This document shows positions 1 to 8,815 of a stretch of DNA of 64,000 nt, piece by piece. The position numbers were made by a program, and so were the translations under genes. Where the stretch lies: positions 1,152,001 through 1,216,000 of the forward strand of contig OZ253555.1 in the NCBI GenBank assembly GCA_965262725.1. The letters are read 5' to 3'. Numbering within the stretch: position 1 is the first letter of the stretch; each line of letters begins with the position of its first letter. The stretch comes from Dehalococcoidia bacterium (GTDB lineage: Bacteria > Chloroflexota > Dehalococcoidia > UBA2979). The notes beneath the pieces were generated by a model that worked only from the letters and a program-made list of their open reading frames with translations, had not been told where the DNA came from and ran no database searches.

Positions 1-355
1 AGATGAGCAGAGGCAACTCGACGTTCTCGGCTGCGGAGAGAACGGGGAGCAGGTTGTAGAACTGGAAGATGAAGCCCATGTGCCGGGCGCGGTAGCCCGT
101 GCGCGTGTCGTCGTCGAGAGTGGCGAGGTCGGTGCCATCGACGCGGACGACGCCGGCGGAGGGGTCGTCGATGCCCGAGAGGCAGTTGAGCAGCGTGGTC
201 TTCCCGCAGCCGGAGGGCCCCATCACCGCCAGCATCTCGCCGCGTTCGACGCGGAGGTCGACGCCTCGCAGAGCGTGCGTCTTCACATCGCCGCTGAGGT
301 AGACTTTCTTGAGGCCCTCGATCTCGATGATGGGCTCGCCCACGCCGGGCTCCAC
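1..355 (-). CDS. ABC transporter ATP-binding protein (LolD/MacB-like), truncated by window edge
   Basis: Manual minus-strand translation gives ...IIEIEGLKKVYLSGDVKTHALRGVDLRVERGEMLAVMGPSGCGKTTLLNCLSG...GFIFQFYNLLPVLSAAENVELPL, with a Walker A motif and Q-loop. Start is GTG at 355 or 343. Confidence 0.9.
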   Translation of the reverse strand, partial: MEPGVGEPIIEIEGLKKVYLSGDVKTHALRGVDLRVERGEMLAVMGPSGCGKTTLLNCLSGIDDPSAGVVRVDGTDLATLDDDTRTGYRARHMGFIFQFYNLLPVLSAAENVELPLLI

Positions 356-547
356 TCGCGTGCGTCCGCTCCCCGACCGGTGGGATCACACGATACCGCC
401 TGCTCCTCTCACGATCCCGTGGGGTGTGCCGCGTGCCCCGACGCCCCGGTCGCGCCGGGGTTGCCGCCGGTCCGACCCTCGATGTGGGCGGGCGTACACT
501 CGCGGCAGCGGGGACGCCGGGCCGGTCCGGCTGGCGAGGGGGTGGAA

Positions 548-709
548 ATGGCGCTCGGTGTCGCGCTCATCATCATGGGCGCGATCTTTCTCTTGGAGTC
601 GCTCGGCGTGACCGACGTCGGGATCGGGGAGCTGTGGCCTCTCATCCTGATCGGGATCGGCGGGGTGATCCTGTATAAGCGGCTGCGCCGTGCGCTCCGC
701 CACGGCTGA
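548..709 (+). CDS. small two-TM membrane protein (LiaI/LiaF-TM, DUF5668-like)
   Basis: MALGVALIIMGAIFLLESLGV...LWPLILIGIGGVIL carries a WPxxLI motif; purine-rich RBS before ATG 548. Confidence 0.7.
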   Translation: MALGVALIIMGAIFLLESLGVTDVGIGELWPLILIGIGGVILYKRLRRALRHG

Positions 710-730
710 GACGCCGGGAGTCGCACCGCC

Positions 731-1244
<514 letters not shown>

Positions 1245-1301
1245 TCGACGCGCCACGTCCCTCTGGTTGACCGCGGAACGCGGCGCGGGCGGTGCGAGCA
1301 C

Positions 1302-1984
1302 TCACCGCTTGTGGCGGGGGTCCTGCGCCGCGCCGGTTCGGGCCATCGGCGCGCTATCGCGTAGCGGGCAGGCGGAGCAGCGCTCAAGCGCGGGGGGATC
1401 CGACGCGACGCCCCCGATCGCGGCGAGCAGGCGCCGCGCGCTCCACAGCGGCAGGCCGATCACCGAACAGAGGCAGCCCTCGGCCTCCGCAGCCGGGGCG
1501 AACTCCGGATCCTGGATGGCGTAGCCGCCGGCCTTGTCGAAGGGCTCGCCTCGAGCGACATAACGCTCAATCTCGGCGTGCGAGTAGCTTCGCATGCGCA
1601 CAGCGGTCGAGGCGCACTCCGTGCCGATCCGGCCGCTCTGGACCGCGGCAACGCCGGTCACGACGCGGTGGCTTGGCCGCGCAGCGCCCACAGCATCGCG
1701 CGCGCCGACTCGATGTCGGGGGGCTTGCCGAGCAGCGCGCCATCGGGCGCGACGACGATCGTGTCGGCCCCGAGCGCGAGCGCCCCTCGGGTTCGCCGGC
1801 TCACTGCCCTCGCCTTCGCGAGCGCGAGCGTCGTCGCGCGACGGGCCGGATCGGGCTCGGCGCTCGACTCGTCGATCGCGGCGGGGTGAGCCACGAACTC
1901 CACACCGAGGGCGGCGAGCAGTTCGTATCGTCTCGGCGACTCCGACGCGAGCACGATCTCCAGACGGGCGCCGCCCTCCGTCAC
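1302..1984 (-). pseudogene. maf: Maf-family nucleotide pyrophosphatase with a 1-nt frameshift
   Basis: N-half (IVLASESPRR...GADTIVV...LGKP) and C-half (SHRVVTGV...DKAGGYAIQ...VIGLP) are in different frames; the break is at about 1672-1678. Confidence 0.85.
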
Positions 1985-3384
1985 GGCTCCGCGGAGAGCA
2001 CCCCGCTGGAGTTCGGGGCGCCGGTCCGGGGCCGATCGGGTGAGGGCGGCACCGCTGCCCGATCCAGCGTGGCGACACATTCCACGTGCTGCGTGTGCGG
2101 GAACATGTCGAGTGGGTGGACCGACGTCAGCGAGAAGCCGGCGCCTGCCGCGGCGTTGCCGTCGACGAGCAGACGGAGGTCGCGGGCGAGTGTGGCCGGG
2201 TCGCAGGAGACGTAGACGAGGCGGCGGCACGCCGAAACGAGCAGCGCGTCGACGATGCTTGCGGCGAGCCCCGTGCGCGGCGGGTCGACGATGACGACAT
2301 CGGGCGCAGGGTCGAGTCCGGGCAACAGACTCTCGACGCTTCCGACCAGACGCGTCACGTTGTCCACGCTGGCGAGATTCGTCTCCGCGTCGTCGCCGGC
2401 GGCTACCGATTCCTCGATCGTGATCACGCGCCAAGGTCCGTCGTCGGCGAGCAGGGCGGCGAACGTCCCGACGCCGGAGTAGGCGTCGACGACGACGTCC
2501 GGCCGCGCCTCGCGGACGCGATCGCGCACCATCCGAACCAGCTGCTGGGCCTGCCGGGTGTTGACCTGGAAGAACGCGGCGGCGGAGATGCGGAAGAGAC
2601 GGCCGCCCAGCCCCTCCTGGTAGTGCTCCTGTCCGGAGGCGAGCGGTCGGCGGCCGGGTCGCCAGCGAAGCGCCGGCTGGATCATCAACTCGCCGGTCGC
2701 CTCTCCCACCCGCACGGAGAGTTGCCGCGTTCCCGTCGTCTTCCGCTGCGCGCGCTTCAATACTCCGTTCACGGCGTCGTGCGCGATCAGGCAGCGGTCG
2801 ACGCGAAGGAAATGGTGCGTCCCGCGCCGCATGAAGCCGATGTCGCCGTTGCGGCGCACCGTGAAGCGCATGTGGTTGCGGTATCCCCAGGGATGCACCA
2901 TCCCCCGAGTCGGAGCGACGGGGGGATCGTCGAACCGCCCGATCCGTCGCAGTTGATCGCGCACGAGTCCCGTCTTCAGGGCGAGCTGCTCCTCGTAGTC
3001 GACGTGCTGGAGCTGGCAGCCGCCGCAGGTCCCGAAGTAAGTGCAGGGGGGCTCGACCCGCGCGGGCGAGGCCTCCAGGATCTCGATCGCACGGGCCTCG
3101 AGGTAGGAGGGAGACTCCGAGGTGATCTCGGCAAGCACGCGCTCTCCCGGTAGGGCGTACTCGACAAAGACGACGCGGCCGTCCGGGGCTCGGCCCACGC
3201 CCGTGCCGCCGGCCGCGAAGCTGTCGATGGTCAGCTCGAAGGGAGGCGGGAGCTCGCCGCGCGCGCGCCGCCGGCGCTTGCGACGCCGCTCCCGTTTGTC
3301 CTCGCGAGGTGGCCCGCCGACCGGGGCGATCTCTGGTGTCGGCGCTGGTGCGGTGTCGGGTTGCGTATCGTCGGGGTGGGGCAT
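1981..3384 (-). CDS. rlmD: 23S rRNA m5U methyltransferase (RlmD/TrmA family, TRAM domain)
   Basis: Fe-S motif CxxxxxCGGC, FFQVN, DAYSGVG, VDPPR, YVSC and DMFPHTQHVE. Confidence 0.92.
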   Translation of the reverse strand: MPHPDDTQPDTAPAPTPEIAPVGGPPREDKRERRRKRRRRARGELPPPFELTIDSFAAGGTGVGRAPDGRVVFVEYALPGERVLAEITSESPSYLEARAIEILEASPARVEPPCTYFGTCGGCQLQHVDYEEQLALKTGLVRDQLRRIGRFDDPPVAPTRGMVHPWGYRNHMRFTVRRNGDIGFMRRGTHHFLRVDRCLIAHDAVNGVLKRAQRKTTGTRQLSVRVGEATGELMIQPALRWRPGRRPLASGQEHYQEGLGGRLFRISAAAFFQVNTRQAQQLVRMVRDRVREARPDVVVDAYSGVGTFAALLADDGPWRVITIEESVAAGDDAETNLASVDNVTRLVGSVESLLPGLDPAPDVVIVDPPRTGLAASIVDALLVSACRRLVYVSCDPATLARDLRLLVDGNAAAGAGFSLTSVHPLDMFPHTQHVECVATLDRAAVPPSPDRPRTGAPNSSGVLSAEP

Positions 3385-3449
3385 GGCGCGATCGTAGCGC
3401 GTAACCTGCCTTGTGGCGTAGCCCGCCCAGGCTCGCGAGAGGAGCGGCG

Positions 3450-4703
3450 ATGCCGGCTGCGAAGAGGCCTCCGGCCGGGGCCTCACGGACACCCCGGCGG
3501 AGGGCGTCGCCCGCCCGTCGCGAGCCGACGCCGATCGAGGACATCGCGCGTCAGCTGCTACCGATTCCCACGGCCCCTTACCTCGAGCAGGACGTGCTCG
3601 CCTACGTCCGGCGCTTCGCGCAGGAGCGCGGCCTCGCCTTCGACGTCGACCGCTTCGGGAACGGCTACGTCCGTCACGTCGGGCGGCGCCGTCGGGGCGC
3701 CGGCTCGCGGCCGCTTGTGCTCAGCGCGCACGCCGACCACCCCGGCTTCGTGGTGACGGCCGTGCGGAACCGGCAGCTCGAGCTCGAGTTCCGCGGCGGT
3801 CTCTCCGCCTCGTACGGCCGCGGTGAGCGCCTGCGTCTCTTCGCAGCCCCCTCGGGCGAGGACACGACCGGCGGGCGCGCGGGGACCCTCGGCCTGGCCG
3901 TTATCGACTCCGTCCGCGCCGACGAGCGCGGGCGCCTCCGGTCGGCGCTCGCGACCGCCGCCGCCGACGCGTCGCCGCAGTCCGGCGATCTCGCGCTGTG
4001 GGACGTGGAGCCGGCGCGCGTGCGCGGACGGCGCCTCGTGGCGCGCGGCTGCGACGATCTCGTTGGCTGCGTCGCCGTGCTCGCCGCCCTCGACCGCGCG
4101 GCGGCGTCGCGAGCATCCGGCGAGCTCATCGGTCTCTTCACTCGCGCCGAGGAGGTGGGTCTGCTCGGCGCCTCGGCGGCCGCGCGCGCCCGGCTGCTCC
4201 CCGACGATGCGGTGGTGGTCGCGGTTGAGACCTCCTCGGCGGCAGGCGGCCGCGCGCGCCCGGGCGCGGGACCGATCGTGCGGGTCGGCGACGCGATGCA
4301 CCTCTTTTCTCCGGGGGTGGCCTTGTGGATGACCGGGGTCGCGCAGGGTCTCGCGCGCGAGGACGATGGCTTCCGATACCAGCGCAAGCTGATGGATGGC
4401 GGAGTGACGGAGGCCACGGCCTACGATCTCTACGGATACGAAACCGGGGCGCTCTGCGTTGCGCTCGCGAACTACCACAATGGAGGCCGAGGCGGACGGG
4501 TCGCCGCCGAGAGCGTCGACATGGGTGATCTCCAGGCGCTGGCCAGACTGATGTCGCTGCTGCTCGATGAACTGCCGCGGCTGCCGAGAGCGCGCCGGGA
4601 TCTGCTCGCCCGCTATGACGGTCTCGCCCGCGAGGCGGGGCCGCAGCTGCGGGCCCGGCGTGCGCGCACCGTCGCCCGTGGATCCCGCTCCCGAACGACG
4701 TAG
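3450..4703 (+). CDS. M20/M28/M42-family metallopeptidase
   Basis: SAHADHPGF, CDDLVG and RAEEVG metal-ligand motifs, plus a C-terminal NYH. Confidence 0.8.
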   Translation: MPAAKRPPAGASRTPRRRASPARREPTPIEDIARQLLPIPTAPYLEQDVLAYVRRFAQERGLAFDVDRFGNGYVRHVGRRRRGAGSRPLVLSAHADHPGFVVTAVRNRQLELEFRGGLSASYGRGERLRLFAAPSGEDTTGGRAGTLGLAVIDSVRADERGRLRSALATAAADASPQSGDLALWDVEPARVRGRRLVARGCDDLVGCVAVLAALDRAAASRASGELIGLFTRAEEVGLLGASAAARARLLPDDAVVVAVETSSAAGGRARPGAGPIVRVGDAMHLFSPGVALWMTGVAQGLAREDDGFRYQRKLMDGGVTEATAYDLYGYETGALCVALANYHNGGRGGRVAAESVDMGDLQALARLMSLLLDELPRLPRARRDLLARYDGLAREAGPQLRARRARTVARGSRSRTT

Positions 4704-4752
4704 GATCTCGCCGGCGGCGTCGGACGGGGAGGGGCGGGCAGACCCTCGTGTG

Positions 4753-5853
4753 TCAGGCCGCGAGCGCGGCCGGAACGTCGCGCAAGGAGGCGACCAGCGC
4801 CGCGAAGCGCTCGCGCTCATCGGCGTCGAGGGCGCGGTCGGGAAGCGGGAGCTCCAGCTGCGTCACCGCGCCCGCACAGCGGTCGGTCGCGATCGCCGGC
4901 AGCTCTTCCCAGGTGCCGGACACGCAGAACTCGTCGAGCATCTCGTCGCTCACTTCCGCCGACAGCTCGTTCCAACGCCCGCGGGCGGCGACCCGGCGCA
5001 TCCGCTCCGCGCGGTCTTCCCAGCCGTGGAGTTCGATGACGCCTGCGACCGCGCGGGTCACCAGAGCCCGCGCCAGATCGTTGCGGGCGCGCTCGCGTTC
5101 CGCGCCGACCGTGCGCTCATCGGGGCCGGTCGCGACGTAGCCGGCGCCCCGTAGTTCCAGGGGCAGAGGCCCGGTGTCCCTCCCGGTCGTGGCGCCCCGG
5201 CCCTCGTCCCGGGCCTCCCGCGCCCCGTCGACGAGCGCGGGGAGAAGCACATCGCGCGCGTAGCGGAAGCTCACCGCCTGAGGCACGATCGCGCCGTCGG
5301 CGATGCTCCCGGCGAGTCGCGCCGTGAACGGCGTGACCGCCGAGATGAGGATCGGGATGCGCGGGTGGGCGATGGGGCCGGGATTGAAGGCCGGAGCCGT
5401 CAGCCGGTACTGATAGAACTCGCCCGCGTACGCTGGCCGCGTGCCGTGCTGCCAGGAGTCCCAGATCGCGCGCAGGCAGCCGATGTAGTCGAGGATCCGC
5501 GGGCCGGGCGGAGCCCACGGCACGGAGAAGCGACGCTCGTTGTGGCCCTTCACCTGCGTCCCGAGACCGAGCACGAAGCGCCCGCCCGAGTAGCTGGCGA
5601 GGTCCCACGCGAGATTGGCCGTGATGTGCGGGGCGCGCGGGAACGCGATCGCCACCGCCGTGCCCAGCGTGATCGTGGTGGTGTGCTCTGCCGCGAGCGC
5701 CAAGGGGAGAAAGGGGTGGTGCTTGGTCTCCCCGACGGAGAGCGTATCGAAGCCCAGAGCCTCGGCCTCCCGTGCGCCCCGGGCGATTGTCGAGAGCTCC
5801 GCTGCGGCCGTGCCGCCGATGCGCATCGGCGGCGGATCGATGGGGAGCGACAT
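4753..5853 (-). CDS. LLM-class (probably F420-dependent) oxidoreductase
   Basis: ETKHHPF, LGTAVAIAFPR and GRFVLGLGTQVKGHNERRFS. Confidence 0.88.
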   Translation of the reverse strand: MSLPIDPPPMRIGGTAAAELSTIARGAREAEALGFDTLSVGETKHHPFLPLALAAEHTTTITLGTAVAIAFPRAPHITANLAWDLASYSGGRFVLGLGTQVKGHNERRFSVPWAPPGPRILDYIGCLRAIWDSWQHGTRPAYAGEFYQYRLTAPAFNPGPIAHPRIPILISAVTPFTARLAGSIADGAIVPQAVSFRYARDVLLPALVDGAREARDEGRGATTGRDTGPLPLELRGAGYVATGPDERTVGAERERARNDLARALVTRAVAGVIELHGWEDRAERMRRVAARGRWNELSAEVSDEMLDEFCVSGTWEELPAIATDRCAGAVTQLELPLPDRALDADERERFAALVASLRDVPAALAA

Positions 5854-5864
5854 GGGCCGTCGAC

Positions 5865-6536
5865 TTACCCGGGGTCCCCGGGTTCGGAGCCGGGATCGTC
5901 GCGGAGGGTCTCCGCATCGGGCGGCTGCCCATCGGCATCGGACGCCGGCCCGGCCTGCCCGGAACGGTCGGCCGGCGCCAGATTCGGCCGGCCGTTCTCG
6001 AGTAGCTGCCACACCGCTTCCTCGGTGGCGGTGTGCACGTGGCCCTCGCGGGCGAGCCGCGTGATCAGCCGCCCGTCCCAGCCGCTGGCTCGCAGGACAC
6101 GCGCGATCTCGGTCGCTCGGTCCGTGTTGTCGAGGACCACGGAGAGCAGGAGCTCCCACTCCAGGGGGGTGGCCATGACGGTCACGCCGTTGCACGGCAG
6201 GCGGACGCGGGCGTCCCAGAGCGCGGGGATGTCCCGTGGCCGTAGGACGTCGTAGCGGCCTTGGAACTGGGCGTCCCCGAAGACGAAAACTGGGACCGAG
6301 TCCCGCAGGAAGTGGAGGCGCTGCGCGGCGAGCCGCCGCCCGGCCAGCCAGCGTGCATCGAGGTCGAGCATCTCCGCGAGCTGCCCGGACGTCGTCGCGG
6401 TGGTGATGAACTCTAGGTTCGGTGACGGGGCGTCCGCCCCTTGTAGCCTCGCCGAGGCTGCCCCGATCAGCGCCCAGACATCGTCCCCGGCTGCCTCCTG
6501 GACGACGCGCACGAGTGCGCTGAGTACGGCGCCCAT
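5865..6536 (-). CDS. hypothetical protein, nucleotidyltransferase-like fold
   Basis: WALIGAASARLQG...PNLEF resembles the GS...DxD NTase motif but is degenerate. Start is uncertain. Confidence 0.55.
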   Translation of the reverse strand: MGAVLSALVRVVQEAAGDDVWALIGAASARLQGADAPSPNLEFITTATTSGQLAEMLDLDARWLAGRRLAAQRLHFLRDSVPVFVFGDAQFQGRYDVLRPRDIPALWDARVRLPCNGVTVMATPLEWELLLSVVLDNTDRATEIARVLRASGWDGRLITRLAREGHVHTATEEAVWQLLENGRPNLAPADRSGQAGPASDADGQPPDAETLRDDPGSEPGDPG

Positions 6537-6718
6537 GTCGGGCTGGGATGGTGAGGCGCTCTCGATGTGGACGGTTCGACCTCCGAAGCCTGTCGCGCCG
6601 AAAGCCGGATCATAACGCGCGTAGGCGACACGTGCCCCTCGGCGATCCCCGCACGATGCCGGGAAAGCGCGTTGCCCCACCGTCGCCGTGCGTGGGACGA
6701 TGCCGTGCAGGAGGCACA

Positions 6719-7381
6719 GTGCCGAAGCAGGTGACGAACGTCGCATCCGACGACGCCCTGACGACGATCTACCGGCTCGCCCACGACGAGCACGAGGAGG
6801 TGATCGCGGCGCGTGTAGCGGAGCGCCTCGGCATCCGGCCGGCCTCGGCGGCCGGGATGCTCTCGCGTCTGGCGCGCGACCGGCTGGTTGCGGTGGACGG
6901 TCGCAAGCGTATCTCGCTCACGGAAGCCGGATTCGCCCGCGCCGAGCACATGGTTCGACGCCACCGGCTCGCCGAGTGCCTGCTCGTCGAGACGCTTGGC
7001 CTTGAGTGGTGGCGTGCCTACGAGGAGGCGCATCTCATGGAGCACGCGATCTCCGACCACACCGAGGCCCTCATTGTCGATCGGCTTGGCGACCCTGCCG
7101 TCTCGCCGTTCGGGTACCCGGTTCCGGGTCACCCGCGTGCGCCGCAGCTCTCCGATCGACGCCTCTCGGATCTCGCGGCCGGCGACCGCGCCATCGTGCA
7201 GCGCGTCTACGAGGAAGACGAGCAGCTCTTGCGATTCTTCGACGGGGAGGGCATCCGACCCGGGGCGCGTCTGCTCCTCCGCGAGGTGGCGCCGTATCGC
7301 GGAACCGTGACCATCGCGTTGGGCGAGCGCGATCTCGTCCTCGGTCTCGAGGCGGCGAGACGTATCTGGGTCGAGCACTAG
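6719..7381 (+). CDS. DtxR/MntR-family metal-dependent regulator with FeoA domain
   Basis: HTH region, RRHRLAE, EAHLMEH, SPFGYPVP and a C-terminal FeoA-like domain. Confidence 0.9.
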   Translation: MPKQVTNVASDDALTTIYRLAHDEHEEVIAARVAERLGIRPASAAGMLSRLARDRLVAVDGRKRISLTEAGFARAEHMVRRHRLAECLLVETLGLEWWRAYEEAHLMEHAISDHTEALIVDRLGDPAVSPFGYPVPGHPRAPQLSDRRLSDLAAGDRAIVQRVYEEDEQLLRFFDGEGIRPGARLLLREVAPYRGTVTIALGERDLVLGLEAARRIWVEH

Positions 7382-8774
7382 CAGGGTCGGGAAAAAGGCC
7401 CCCTTTGGCGCGGCCACGGAGCGAATCACCGCCAAGAGGGCGTATGCGGCGTCATTTCGGGGCCGATTCTGGCCCCCTCCGGGGCTCTCTCAGCCCGTCC
7501 GGGCGCCCCGGGACCTACTCCGGGCGCACTACGCCCGTGACAGCGCGGCGTCGATATTGGCCACGCGCACCAGGTTGTACGCGGCAGCGCCCATCTCCAT
7601 CCAGAAACCGTTGACCTGTTCGCCGATGTAGCGGAGCTTGCGCCCGCCCCCCACGGTCTTCAGCCACCCGAAGCTCTCCTCCACCATCTTGCGCCGGCGC
7701 TGACTCACCTCGTAGCCGGGCGTCTGCGCCACCTCCTCGGGGATGGCGCTGTGCTTCGCTCGCCGTGCCACGTGCGGCACGACCCCGAGTTCGCACAGCC
7801 CCTCCACGAAGTGCTTCGCGTCGTATCCCTTGTCGGCGCCCAGCGTCGCCCCCGGTGTCAGGCTGCGCTCGGCCATGGCCAGCGCCGCATCCCGCTCCGC
7901 CCGCCCGTGCGCCGTCGTGAGCTCGACATCGACGATGAGCCCGTTGCGGTTCTCCGTCATCACATGCCCGATGTAGCTCGGGCGCGCCGCCTGCCCGTTC
8001 CCCTTCCGGTACAGGTGCGCGCCGGGATCGGTCGTGCTGACGTGGGTGTCCCGGTGCCGGCGCTCGCCGCGGAAGTCGACGTCCGGATTGCGGCCCGCAG
8101 GCTTGTCCCCGTCCTGCTCGTCGCGTGACCGGTAGCTCTTGTGCGACGCCCACGCCTCGAGCTGCGACCCGTCGACCGTGAAGTGCTCCTCGGACAGCAG
8201 GTTCCGCTCCCTCGCCTCCCTCACGACTTCCTCGAAGAACCCCCGGGCGATGTCGCCGTCAAGGAGCCGGGAGCGGTTCTTCGAGAACGTGGAGCGGTCG
8301 AAGGAACCGGGGTCTCCCGGGAGGTCGAGGAACCACTTGAACGCCATGTCGGACCGCAGCCGCTCGCAGAACTGGCTCTCGCTACGAATCGAGAAGAAGG
8401 CGATGAGGAGTGTCGACTTGAGCAGCGTCTCGGGCGGAATCGACGGTCGCCCGGACTCGCTGTAGAGACCGTCGAAGCGCGGGGAGAGATTGGCGAGCGC
8501 CCGGTCGACGATGGGCTTGATGCGTCGGAGCGGGTGGTCGCTGGGGACGAACATCTCCGGGCAGGTGAGAGTGGCGCGGCCCTGGTCCTCGCTCTGTCCT
8601 CGCATCGATATCCTCCCTCGTGGGGGTCCCTCTTGTATGATCGTTAGTATACTCGTCTTATCAGTTACAGTCGACCACTACCTGGGGCTTCTGACAGCTA
8701 CCGGGGGCGTTTGTTGCACCCGCGGGGCACCGCCGGCCATGCTCCGGGCACCCAGGGAGAAAATCACAACCCTG
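7382..8774 (-). mobile_element. IS5-family insertion sequence with CTAG target duplication
   Basis: Ends are CAGGGTCGGGA and rc CAGGGTTGTGA (imperfect IR). CTAG flanks it at 7378-7381 and 8775-8778. Confidence 0.85.
7529..8605 (-). CDS. IS5-family DDE transposase
   Basis: VPSDHPLR, GRPSIPPE, HFTVDGS, LGADKGYD and RKMVEESFGWLK. Confidence 0.93.
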   Translation of the reverse strand: MRGQSEDQGRATLTCPEMFVPSDHPLRRIKPIVDRALANLSPRFDGLYSESGRPSIPPETLLKSTLLIAFFSIRSESQFCERLRSDMAFKWFLDLPGDPGSFDRSTFSKNRSRLLDGDIARGFFEEVVREARERNLLSEEHFTVDGSQLEAWASHKSYRSRDEQDGDKPAGRNPDVDFRGERRHRDTHVSTTDPGAHLYRKGNGQAARPSYIGHVMTENRNGLIVDVELTTAHGRAERDAALAMAERSLTPGATLGADKGYDAKHFVEGLCELGVVPHVARRAKHSAIPEEVAQTPGYEVSQRRRKMVEESFGWLKTVGGGRKLRYIGEQVNGFWMEMGAAAYNLVRVANIDAALSRA

Positions 8775-8815
8775 CTAGGGCCGGCGATTCATCGCGCGGG
8801 CCCTGTATATCGGCC

